A DNA stretch of 64,000 nucleotides from Macrostomum lignano (Eukaryota): NCBI GenBank assembly GCA_002269645.1, contig NIVC01000364.1, positions 496,001 to 560,000 of the forward strand, written 5' to 3'. Numbering within the stretch: position 1 is the stretch's first letter; each line of letters begins with the position of its first letter. The notes beneath the pieces are model-generated. The model ran no database searches. It was not told the origin of the DNA and saw only the letters and a list, made by a program, of their open reading frames with translations. This document shows positions 37,205-48,835 of this stretch, piece after piece. A program made the position numbers and the translations under genes.

Positions 37205-38318
37205 CACAGAATACCACAGAATGCTCAATTGATTAGTAGAATACGTCTCGAATTAAAACACCATAGATGCCACTCTTCCTGTGAAGATTTATAAGTAGTT
37301 GTAACTATTTGATAACATTAAAGTAGCAGTTTACTGCTTGTGAGAGCTCCTAGAGCAGTCGATGTAATTGAAATTATGCGATTGTTATAAAACTTAAGTG
37401 GCAAGATCTTATGGTGGTTAACAATCACTCAACCAGTATTGGATTCCATACCATATAAGCAAAAAACTGTAAACAATTTGACTTAAGAACAATAAAAGGT
37501 TCATAAATGGAAAGAATGTAGTACACTTCTGCTGCGCTTAAGTAAACAAATTCAAAATTGAAAACAAGGTACTTGAGGATAAGGTTGAGGATCGTGAAGC
37601 GCAGCAGAAGCAGGACTCCAAGGGTCTGGCCGTGCCGACACACTTTGAACTAACGGTGGCTTTCGTTTTCGTTCAACAGGAGCGTCCTTGTAAAGGTTCA
37701 ATGCAGGATATGCACTGCTTAAAAGTCGCGTTCCCGGCTCGTGACGTTGATTTGGGCAGGTGTACATATCATCCCTGAAGTGTAAACTGCACACAACCGC
37801 TCTCTTCCATTTGTGTTCGTTTGCTTTTCCTGCAGAAGGTCAGCTCGAAACAATCGCCGAGCCCAGTCTTCGCACCTGAAAGATGCAAGAGTTTGAACAC
37901 TAAAGTGATTCTAAAATCAAAAAAGAAAACTCATACCACAGGAGTCAACTATGTGTTCTCTGAAATACATACCAATCGCACTGTCTCCAGAAGGAAATGC
38001 ATGAAATCGCGTCAAATGCGGGCACTTGTAGGCATAGGAATTGCAGCCATAAGCTGCGCACTGGGCTCGAGATTTTTTCATGATAGCACCGCACTGCTCT
38101 TCGCCTCAGAAAAAAGAATGTTCGTTGATCTACGACGTATGATTACTAAAAAAACAGAAGACAAAAATCACAAGCCCATGCGAGTGATATCGTCTATGGT
38201 GATTCTTCTCCATACTACTTTCCCACAGCTTCACAGGAAGAGTAGCACAGAGCGAAAATATTTCGCATAGAGATTTTTTCTTCAGGGTGGCAGAATGAGC
38301 ATTCTGTGGTATTCTGTG
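37205..38318 (-). mobile_element. Defective P-superfamily-like element (1114 bp) carrying a THAP-domain remnant
   Basis: Perfect 23-bp TIR CACAGAATACCACAGAATGCTCA; flanks ATCCTGAC / ATCCTGAA (7/8). On the - strand from ATG 38081: MKKSRAQCAAYGCNS...RFHAFP, an intron, CEDWARRLFRADLL, a frameshift, then VVCSLHFRDD...RLLSSAYP...RKRKPP (to 37552). Confidence 0.85.
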
Positions 38319-38470
38319 ATCCTGAATTTTCTTCTCCACCCATGCAAGCCCTGATATTCAATAGCAAATCAATATTGCATTAAAAGTTCCATGGTATATG
38401 TTACACATAAAGCTGACTTTCAATGATCAACCATGTACAATGAAAATTGCTTAATGGGCAGCACTTGGCC

Positions 38471-41400
38471 ATGCTATCAGCTGTTCTTACCCGTGGCTCT
38501 TCTAAACTGGGCCGTCTAATTTCGAGCGCCAATCAGTCACGATGCGGGCTGTGCACCTACGAGAACGTGGCCTCAACCGCCATGGTGTACGAGTCGGTGT
38601 TCCGCCAGTCCGTGCACAACCCGAAGAGTTCTGGGCGGAGCAGGCCAGCAAGCTGTCGTGGAAAACAAAGTTCAACAAGGTGCTGGACCATCGGGACCCG
38701 GTGCGGCCGCGCTGGTTCACAGGCGGCGAGCTGAACACAGCCTACAACTGCCTGGACAGGCACGTGGAGGACGGCTTCGGCGACCAGGTGATTTATTATA
38801 CTGCGTGGACAGGCTTTCTGACCATAATTCGTCGAGGGTAGTCAAGGAATGGGACCCCAAGATCCTGGGGGTTTCGGCGACCAGGCACAATTTCCCTTGT
38901 TACTTGCTCTTTGTCACTTGCTCTTTGTCACTTGCTCTTTGTAACTTGCTCTTTGTCACTTGCTTCTTGTCACTTGCCACTTTTTTCTTGTCCCTTTGCT
39001 CCTTGTCACTTGTCACTTGGTTCTTGTCACTTGTATATTGTCACTTGTTTCTTGCCTCTTGTTCCTTGTCAATTTCCTTCCCATCTATGCACAACACCTC
39101 ACCCCAGGTGGCCGTCATTCACGACTCGCCAGTCACTAAGTCGGTCAGCCGGATCACCTACGCGCAGCTGCTCGATCAGGTGGCCCGTTTCGCCGGCTAC
39201 CTGGCCAAGGAGGGCGTCAAACGCGGCGATCGGGTGCTCATCTACATGCCCATGGTGCCGGAGACCATGGTTGCTATGCTAGGCGCGGCCAGGCTCGGCG
39301 CAATTCACTCGCTAGTGTTTGGCGGCTTCGCTGCCAAGGAATTGGCCACCAGAATTGCTCACGCCAAGCCGAACGTCATCGTGTGTGGCTCCTGCGGCGT
39401 TGAGCCAGGCCGGACCATCGACTACCGGGCGATATTGCGCGACGCGTTGAGCCTAGTGAGCGGCGGCCAGCACTGCGTCGACCGGGTGGTCCTGTTCCAG
39501 CGGCCCGGCGGCCTGCCGCTGTCCGACTCCGACCCGGGCCTCGACGCGGACTGGGCCGAGGCGCTGGCCTCCTCTAGGAAGCACGACGCCGTGCCAATTG
39601 AAGCCAACGAGCCCGTCTACCTGCTGTACACCAGCGGCACCACCGGCTCGCCGAAGGGCGTCGTTCGACCCTCGGCGGGTCACGCTGTGGCGTTGAATTT
39701 CTCCATGAACGCCCTGTACGGCCTTGACCCCGGGGACGTATGGTGGGCGGCCAGCGACTTCGGCTGGGTTGTGGGGCATTCCTACATCTGCTATGCCCCG
39801 CTGCTGCACAGGAACACCACCATCATCTATGAGGGTGAGGCGGGCTGCTGACTGCTAGCCACCCTCAGTGTGGGCTGTTGACTGCTAGCCACCCTCAGTG
39901 TGGGCTGTTGACTGCTAGCCACCCTCAGTGTGGGCTGTTGACTGCTAGCCACCCTCAGTGTGGGCTGTTGACTGCTAGCCACCCTCAGATCTTTCAGTGT
40001 GTGCTGCTGACTCTCTCTCTCCTTTTATCCTTTATTTGAGCCTTGAAGCAATTTTTTGGGCCTTGTGCCTTACCACATAATATTTCATACTAGTAGTTGT
40101 ATTTAATCTATTTGACTGAATCTACTGAACCCATTGACCTCTAATTGTACCCTTAGTCATGTTTTGTACTCTTTCTTTCTCTGTCCCTCGTTGTGTCTGC
40201 TCCGTGGCCTCTCCAAGTTAGTCCGCCGGCACATTGAATTGCTCTCTGTTCTTTACTCTGTCCGTGCTCTCCACCTTCGAATCCAAGCGGAGCAGGGAGC
40301 TGAGTCTCTCTGTTTAAAAATTGTCTGGTGCACTTTTTCAACATTTGAGTCCATGCCCTCCTCCACATGTGGCCCGCGAAGCCTCTCTATCCGACCCTTG
40401 CGTCCTTTCAATTTCACAATAGCAATCCGGCCCGCTGAAGATTTGTCTCTTCTCAGCTGTTTTGTCTATTCTCCTCTCTTCATTTCTCTTCTCTCCCTTC
40501 TCTCTCTCCACTCTCGTCTATTTCCTCTCTCCTCTCTTTTCCCTTAGTCCCTCGCTTCTCCGTTCTCCTTTCTCTCTTATTCTCTCTACTCCAGGGGTCG
40601 GCAACCTCCGGCCCGCGAACTTCCTAAAATGGAAGTTTAGTGTGCACTAAAATGGGGAATTTCTTTCCTCAATTGCCAACTTTAATGACAAATTAGTAAT
40701 GAGACACGAACTGATCGTGAAAGTAGCTGTTTACAAACTCTAGAAGACAGACAGCACATCCGTTCAAACTTTCGAACAGAATAGAAATGGGGGAACTGGC
40801 AGCGAAGGAAAGTGAGGTGGTGGCGGGCCAACAACGGGCGTACAAATTTAGTAATTTAGTAAAGACCCAGGGGCAGATACTGGAGGGTAAAGACCCAGGG
40901 GCAGATACTGGAGGGTAAAGACCCAGGGGCAGATACTGGAGGGTAAAGACCCAGGGGCAGAGACTGGAGGGTAAAGACCCAGTGGGGCAGATACTGAAGG
41001 GTAAAGACCCAGTGGGGCAGATACTGGAGGGTAAAGACCCAGGGGCAGATACTGGAGGGTAAAGACCCAGGGGCAGATACTGGAGGGTAAAGACCCAGTG
41101 GGGCAGATACTGAAGGGTAAAGACCCAGTGGGGCAGATTCTGGAGGGTAAAGACCCAGGGGGCTGATTCTGGGATTCTAGGGTAAAAAACCGGGGGGCGG
41201 ATTCTGGAGGGTAAAGACCCAGGGGGCGGATTCTGGAGGGTAAAGACCCAGGGGGCGGATTCTGGAGGGTAAAGACCCAGTGGGGCAGATACTGGAGGGT
41301 AAAGACCCAGGGGGCGGATACTGGAGGGTAAAGACCCAGTGGGGCAGATACTGGAGGGTAAAGACCCAGTGGGGCAGATACTGGAGGGTAATGACCCAGG

Positions 41401-44400
41401 GGCAGATACTGGAGGGTAAAGACCCAGGGGCAGATACTGAAGGGTAAAGACCCAGTGGGGCAGATACTGGAGGGTAAAGACCCAGTGGGGCAGATACTGG
41501 AGGGTAAAGACCCAGTGGGGCAGATACTGAAGGGTAAAGACCCAGTGGGGCAGATACTGGAGGGTAAAGACCCAGTGGGGCAGATACTGGAGGGTAAAGA
41601 CCCAGTGGGGCAGATACTGAAGGGTAAAGACCCAGGGGCAGATACTGGAGGGTAAAGACCCAGGGGGCGGATTCTGGAGGGTAAAGACCCAGGGGCAGAT
41701 ACTGGAGGGTAAAGACCCAGGGGGCGGATTCTGGAGGGTAAAGACCCAGGGGGCGGATTCTGGAGGGTAAAGACCCAGGGGGCTGATTCTGGGATTCTAG
41801 GGTAAAAAACCGGGGGCGGATTCTGGAGGGTAAAGACCCAGTGGGGCAGATACTGAAGGGTAAAGACCCAGTGGGGCAGATTCTGGAGGGTAAAGACCCA
41901 GGGGGCTGATTCTGGGATTCTAGGGTAAAAAACCGGGGGGGGCGGATTCTGGAGGGTAAAGACCCAGTGGGGCAGATACTGAAGGGTAAAGACCCAGTGG
42001 GGCAGATTCTGGAGGGTAAAGACCCAGGGGGCTGATTCTGGGATTCTAGGGTAAAAAACCGGGGGGCGGATTCCGGAGGGTAAAGACCCAGTGGGGCAGA
42101 TACTGAAGGGTAAAGACCCAGTGGGGCAGATACTGGAGGGTAAAGACCCAGTGGGGCAGATACTGGAGGGTAAAGACCCAGGGGCAGATACTGGAGGGTA
42201 AAGACCCAGTGGGGCAGATACTGGAGGGTAAAGACCCAGTGGGGCAGATACTGGAGGGTAAAGACCCAGTGGGGCAGATACTGGAGGGTAAAGACCCAGT
42301 GGGGCAGATACTGGAGGGTAAAAACCCAGGGGGCTGATTCTGGGATTCTAAGGTAAAAAACCAGGGGGGGGGCGGATTCTGGAGGGTAAAGAAAGACCCA
42401 GGGGGGGGGGTTGAAGTAATCGGGGGCGACCTGTGGCCCGTGGTCTTGATTGAACTGAAAACCTCATCTGGCCCTCAAGTGGAAAAAGGTTGCCGACCCC
42501 TGCTCTACTCTATTCCCTCTCCTCTCTCCCCTCTGGGCCGCAGTCATGCTCTTGGTTCTCTTGCGAGTTTAAAAAAGTTTTACAACCCCTGGTTTGTGTT
42601 GCTTTGCTTTGCGTATATGCGTACTCTTGTCTGGCTATGCTTGCACAGGCAGGCACTATCTATACACTGTATAATGGCAGTATGTCTCTCTTACCAATAC
42701 TTTTCTTAGACTGGAAAAATTCTGTTCGCTAAGCTGCCAGGCCTGTAATTTCTGTCTAAGCCACAGCACCGGCAAGACGAGTGCTTTTATAATTTATACA
42801 GATTGCAAACAGGGCTGAGGTGCAGGGGCTTGCTGTTTTGATTTTGAATGACAGGCACTGCTGGCATCTGCCCATTTGGGTGGCACCATTTATGCGGCAC
42901 TCTGTCTCCTTCTATTTCAACGCTATGTCCCCGCTGTGCCAATGCTGTCTGCTGTCCATCTTTTCACATTCCTGTCGATTTTGTCTGCTACATTTGGTTG
43001 CATTCTCTTCTCCCTGTCTCCCTCACTTCACTACTCTCCCTCTACATCTCATCCTCTTTCACACATCTGTAACTGTGCTGCCTCTCACTCTCCCTATCAC
43101 CCTCCCTCTCACTCTCCCTATCACTCACTCTCCCTCTCACTCTCCCTCTCACTCTCCCTCTCACTCCCTCTCACTCTCCCTATCACTCTCACTCTCCCTC
43201 TCACTCTTCCTCTCACTCTCCCTCTCACTCCCTCTCACTCTCCCTATCACTCACTCTCCCTCTCACTCTCCCTCTCACTCTCCCTCTCACTCCCTCTCAC
43301 TCTCCCTCTCACTCCCTCTCACTCTCCCTCTCACTCTTCCTCTCACTCTCCCTCTCACTCCCTCTCACTCTCCCTATCACTCTCACTCTCCCTCTCACTC
43401 TCCCTCTCACTTTCCCTCTCACTCTCACCGTCCCTCCACTCTCCTTCTCACTCCCTCTCTCACTGTCCCTCACACTCCATTTCTCACTCTCCCTCACACT
43501 CTCACCGTCCCTCTCACTCTCCTACCACTCTCACTCTCCCTCTCACTCCCTCTCTCACTGTCCCTCTCACTCCCCCTCTCCCTCTCACTCTCCCTATCAC
43601 CCTCCCTCTCACTCTCCCTATCACTCACTCTCCCTCTCACTCTCCCTCTCACTCTCCCTCACTCCCTCTCACTCTCCCTCTCACTCCCTCTCACTCTCCC
43701 TATCACTCTCACTCTCCCTCTCACTCTTCCTCTCACTCTCCCTCTCACTCCCTCTCACTCTCCCTATCACTCTCACTCTCCCTCTCACTCTTCCTCTCAC
43801 TCTCCCTCTCACTCCCTCTCACTCTCCCTATCACTCTCACTCTCCCTCTCACTCTCCCTCTCACTTTCCCTCTCACTCTCACCGTCCCTCCACTCTCCTT
43901 CTCACTCCCTCTCTCACTGTCCCTCACACTCCATTTCTCACTCTCCCTCACACTCTCACCGTCCCTCTCACTCTCCTACCACTCTCACTCTCCCTCTCAC
44001 TCCCTCTCTCACTGTCCCTCTCACTCCCCCTCTCCCTCTCACTCTCCCTCACACTCCATTTCTCACTCCCCCTCCCTCTCCCCCTCCCTCTCACTCTCCC
44101 TTACACTCCATCTCTTACTCTCCCTCTCACTCTCAATCACTCATTCTCCCTCTCACACCATCTCTTACTCCATCTCTCACTCCATCTCTCACTCTCCTTC
44201 ACCCATTTCTTATTAGATGAGGGAGGGGATTTAATTTCAGTAGTGAGGGTCGAGGGCGTAATTTCATTTGAAGTAGGACATTCTATTTACATGCTCCTTT
44301 CAACCGATTAGTGTGGAGAGTGGAGCCACGCCCCCTTGTAGGACTTGACACCGGTTGACAACCATGACTGAGTATCTCATTCAGCCTCTCGCCCCCATCC

Positions 44401-47400
44401 CGCTAGGCAAGCCGGTGGGCACTCCGGACGCCAGCCAGTACTTCCGGGTGATCAAGCAGCACAGCGTCCGCGCGATGTTCACGGCGCCAACCGCGCTGCG
44501 CGCCATCCATCGGGCTGATTCGCAGGACGCCTCTAGCGCGCCCTACAGGCCACTGGACAGCCTGCGTCACGTGTTCGTAGCCGGCGAGCACTGCGACGTG
44601 GAGACCCTGGCCTGGGCCAGGCGCCTGTTCAAAGTGCCAGTGTACGATCACTGGTGGCAGACTGAGACCGGCTGGCCGATCACCAGCGTCTGCGTCGGCC
44701 TGGGCGACGACACGATGCCGCCTGCCGGCTCCGCTGGCAAGCCCGTGCCCGGCTTTCACGTCCAGGCAAGCTGGCAGAGAGGAAGCTTCTAGCATAGGGA
44801 AAATGAAATTAGACTCTAAAATATAGTCATACATGCGCAACCCCCCCCCCTGATTTACAATAGCCATGCGATTTATTTTTTTACCAAAGATGCGACTTAC
44901 CTGTAAAAGAATCCCTAAAGGAAAACGCAATTTTTGGTAAACGACAGGAGTAACTATGACTATCTTGTAAAGGCTAAATGCCTCGTCGTCTAATTAGCAC
45001 AACGTCTGTTATTCTTTTACGTGGGAATTTTTGCGACCACAATTTATGGTGATCAGGTCGGCCAGTAGTTGTTGCGCATGTATGCTAAGAGTACAGGGTC
45101 CCCTATTCCATATCATTCGATTCCATACTAAGAGTTCAACTTCACGAGGGCTGCGGGCACCCTGGAGCATCGCCTTCGGCGACATCGTCCCACATCCAGT
45201 TCTGAGGCAATTCTGCCCGTTCCGCTGACTCCTGAGCACGTGCAAGCGCGCGGATGCTTAAAAGTAGTTTAGGCCTTGCGATGAAGCTCTCCAGTCTCCA
45301 AGGCCAGAGGCAGGGCAGCTCAGCGGTAAACGCGTCTGACTCTCGCGCCAGGACCTCTGGTTCGATTCCGTGCGCAAACATTCATTTTCCCAAATTGCCC
45401 TAGGGGTTGTTGTGCAATTCACAGCCACGAGGGCCAGTCCCCGAGGCACAGAGAGTGTACATGCCTGACGATTAGACAGTCAGGGCTGCTGTACACCCTG
45501 TGTGAGCGTGTGCATGAGTGCGTGCCTGCGTACAGTATTAAAACAAATGGGTATTCTCAGAAAGGGTATCAAAACAGCTGACGGATTCTTAGAAAGTGTA
45601 TTGAAACAGCTGACGGATTCTTAGAAAGTGTATTGAAACAGTTGACGGATTCTTAGAAAGTGTATTGAAACAGTTGACGGATTCTTGGAAAGTGTATTGA
45701 AACAGTTGACGGATTCTTAGAAAGTGTATTGAAACAGTTGACGGATTCTTGGAAAGGGTATCAAAACAGCTGACGGATTCTTAGAAATGGTATCAAATCA
45801 GCTGACGGATTCTTAGAAAGGGTATCAGAACAGCTGACGGATTCTTAGAAATGGTATCAAAACAGCTGACGGATTCTTAGAAAGGGTATCAAAACAGCTG
45901 ACGGATTCTTAGAAAGGGTATTAAAACAGCTGACGGGTTCTTAGAAATGGTATCAAAACAGCTGACGGGTTCTTAGAAATGGTATCAAAACAGCTGACGG
46001 ATTCTTAGAAATGAGCTGACGGATTCTTAGAAAGGGTATCAAAACAGCTGACGGATTCTTAGAAATGGTATCAGAACAGCTGACGGATTCTTAGAAATGG
46101 TATCAGAACAGCTGACGGATTCTTAGAATCGGTGCGCTTGAATGTGCTCAGGAGTCAACGGAATGGGCAGAATTGCCTCGGCACTGGTTGTGGCGTTGTG
46201 CCAGGGTGTCCCTAACCCTCCCGGGAATATTAATTTAAAAATTTATAAAGCACAAAACATCACCAAAATGCTTCCTCAACGGCAGATTCTTCGCGAATCG
46301 GACGAGGACGAACTGGGCCGCATCGTGATCAAGCTGCCGCTGCCGCCCGGCACCGCCTCCACGCTGTGGGAGAATGACGAACGCTTTGTCAGCACCTACT
46401 ATGAGAAATTCCCCGGCTATTACGACACGGCTGACGCTGGCTACACGGATCACCACGGCCACCTGTTTGTGGTGTCCCGCGTCGATGACGTCATCAACGT
46501 GTCCGGGCACCGGCTGAGCACGGCCGCAATGGAGGAGGCCTGCTTGGAGAATCCGGACCTGGCCGAGTGCGCCGTGGTTCCGTTCCCTGACAAGCTGAAA
46601 GGCCACATTCCGTTGGGCTTCCTGGTGCCCTACGACGATGTGACAAAAGATAAGGCGACCATTGTGGCGGACACTGTCAAGCAGGTGCGCGAGCACATCG
46701 GACCAGTGGGCGCCTTTCGCATGGCTGTTGTGGTGCACCGATTGCCCAAGACGCGAAGCGGTAAAGTGGCCAGAGGCACCCTGGCTTCTATGGCTGCCGG
46801 ATTGCCGTTCAAGGTGAGAAACTCGGTGTGGTTTGTTGCTCTTTCTAAGAATCCGTCAGCTGTTCTGATACCATTTCTAAGAATCCGTCAGCTGTTTTGA
46901 TACCATTTCTAAGAATCCGTCAGCTGTTTTGATACCATTTCTAAGAATCCGTCAGCTGTTTTGATACCATTTCTAAGAATCCGTCAGCTGTTTTGGGCTA
47001 CCGGACATTTCCCCTCGGCGGCGTTTCCCCTCCGGACATTTCCCCTCCGGCGTTTCCCCTCCGGACATTTCCCCTCCGGACATTTCCCCTCGGCGGCGTT
47101 TCCCCTCCGGACATTTCCCCTCCGGACATTTCCCCTCGGCGGCGTTTTCCCTCCGGACATTTCCCCTCCGGCGTTTCCCCTCCGGACATTTCCATTTCCC
47201 CTCGGCGGCGTTTCCCCTCCGGACATTTCCCCTCCGGACATTTCCCCTCGGCGGCGTTTCCCCTCCGGACATTTCCCCTCGGCGGCGTTTCCCCTCCGGA
47301 CATTTCCCCTCCGGCGTTTCCCCTCCGGACATTTCCCCTCCGGACATTTCCCCTCGGCGGCGTTTTCCCTCCGGACATTTCCCCTCCGGACATTTCCCCT

Positions 47401-48421
47401 CGGCGGCGTTTTCCCTCCGGACATTTCCCCTCCGGACATTTCCCCTCGGCGGCGTTTTCCCTCCGGACATTTCCCCTCCGGACATTTCCCATGCAGCTAT
47501 AACGAAATAACAGAGCTTTAGAACATGCCAAAAAGAAGTTTTGCACGCATGTACGTCACATCCATGTAGTTATGCTGTTAGATCGCTTTTATTTTAAAAA
47601 TTATGTAAGTAAAAAGTGAGAGTAGAAGGTTTTTTATGTTTTATTATAGGTTTTATTATAATCAAATTATAATATAATATATTATTATTATCTTTATTAT
47701 TAATATATAAACATTTTTTATATATTTTTAACATTATATTATTATATTATTTTGTACATTATTATTTTTATACTATAATATTATAATATTACTATATTAT
47801 TACATTTATATATACACTTATATACATTTATATATATACATGCAACTTATGTTCTCTTTGGACATGTCCGAAGGCACTGTTATTTCGTTATAGATGAAGG
47901 GGAAATGTCCGGAGGGGAAACGCCGGAGGGGAAATGTCCGGAGGGGAAATGTCCGGAGGGGAAACGCCGGAGGGGAAATGTCCGGAGGGGAAACGCCGGA
48001 GGGGAAATGTCCGGAGGGGAAACGCCGGAGGGGAAATGTCCGTAAGCGGCTGTTTTGAAACCCTTTCTAAGAATCCGTCAGCTGTTTTGATACCCTTTCT
48101 AAGAATCCGTAAGCTTTTTTGATACTATTTCAAAGAATACCCAATTGTTTTAATTCCTTTCTAAGAATACCCAATTGTTTTAATTCCTTTCTAAGAATAC
48201 CCAATTGTTTTAATTCCCTTTCTAGGAATACCCAATTGTTTTCATACTCTAGCACAAGGGATAACATATATTCAGAACTATGCTCAGTCTCCTATGCAGA
48301 CTTCTTTGTTTATGGTTTGCCTTTCTAGATGCCAGTGACAATCGAAGACGAAACGGTATACGAGCCAATCAAGAAAGAGCTGATTGATTTGGGTCTGAAA
48401 CCGTCAGATCCTACCCTGTAA
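38471..48421 (+). CDS. ACSS3: Acyl-CoA synthetase short-chain family member 3 (propionate-CoA ligase), ~674 aa; 1-nt frameshift in exon 1 as assembled
   Basis: Exons 38471-38787, 39108-39834, 44407-44765, 46286-46813, 48329-48421. Motifs EEFWAEQA, WFTGGELNTAYNCLDRH, YTSGTTGSPKG, WAASDFGWVVGH, DHWWQTETGW, YYDTADAG, RVDDVINVSGHRLST and LPKTRSGK. A single G is missing near 38623, and intron 3 has a GC donor. Confidence 0.92.
38900..39070. repeat. ~14-bp degenerate repeat (TTGTCACTTGCTCT) in ACSS3 intron 1
   Basis: Tandem TTGTCACTT motifs. Confidence 0.8.
39845..39990. repeat. 30-bp minisatellite, ~5 units, at the start of ACSS3 intron 2
   Basis: ACTGCTAGCCACCCTCAGTGTGGGCTGTTG repeated. Confidence 0.93.
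40592..42502. mobile_element. Non-autonomous hAT element (1911 bp) carrying an internal minisatellite
   Basis: Perfect 16-bp TIR CAGGGGTCGGCAACCT; perfect 8-bp TSD CTCTACTC. Confidence 0.92.
40860..42400. repeat. 28/30-bp G-rich minisatellite (GACCCAG[TG]GGGCAGATACTGGAGGGTAAA)
   Basis: About 50 units lying inside the hAT element. Confidence 0.95.
43075..44200. repeat. Pyrimidine-rich ~12-bp repeat (CTCACTCTCCCT) with ~450-500-bp higher-order duplication
   Basis: A distinctive block near 43410-43560 recurs near 43865-44010. Confidence 0.9.
45541..46127. repeat. 32-bp minisatellite (AAACAGCTGACGGATTCTTAGAAAGGGTATCA) in ACSS3 intron 3
   Basis: About 18 units; splits a copy of the dispersed SINE-like repeat. 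Confidence 0.93.
46843..48242. repeat. The same 32-bp minisatellite in reverse orientation in ACSS3 intron 4, interrupted by foldback copy 2
   Basis: TTCTAAGAATCCGTCAGCTGTTTTGATACCAT units at 46843-46995 and 48049-48242. Confidence 0.9.
46996..48048. mobile_element. Foldback / Mutator-like element, copy 2 (1053 bp), opposite orientation to copy 1
   Basis: Termini GGCTACCGGACATTT / AAATGTCCGTAAGCG; arms of CCGGACATTTCCCCT repeats; AT-rich centre; perfect 9-bp TSD GCTGTTTTG. Confidence 0.9.
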
Positions 48422-48499
48422 GTTTCATAATTCGCGTTACAAACATTCGATTTAATGTACTTTTAAACCGTTTTTTGTTCATTTCCAAATTTGATCTTG

Positions 48500-48835
48500 T
48501 TTGTACCAAATTGGGTCCTTCACATTGGGTCCTAGATCTGTACCAGATTGGGTCCTAGATCTGTACCAGATTGGGTCCTAGATCTGTACCAGATTGGGTC
48601 CTAGATCTGTACCAAATTGGGCCCTAGATATGCACTAGATTGGGTCCTAGATCTGTACCAGATTGGGTCCTAGATCTGTACCTGATTGGGTCCTATTTGT
48701 ACCACATTGAGTCCTGGATCTGTACCAGATTGGGTCCCATTTTTACAAGATTGGGTCCCATTTGTACCAGATTGGGTCCCATTTGTACCAGATTAGGTCC
48801 TAGATCTGTACAAGATTGGGTCCCATTTGTACAAG
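48500..48835. repeat. 23-bp minisatellite (TTGGGTCCTAGATCTGTACCAGA) just 3' of ACSS3
   Basis: Tandem array. Confidence 0.9.

Noticed and set aside
42820-44220. 466-aa and 446-aa Ser/Leu/His/Pro-rich ORFs
   Set aside because: They come from a low-complexity pyrimidine tract inside ACSS3 intron 2.
45009-45450. Moderately GC-rich ORF fragments in ACSS3 intron 3
   Set aside because: They may be a TE remnant, but I could not identify any motif.
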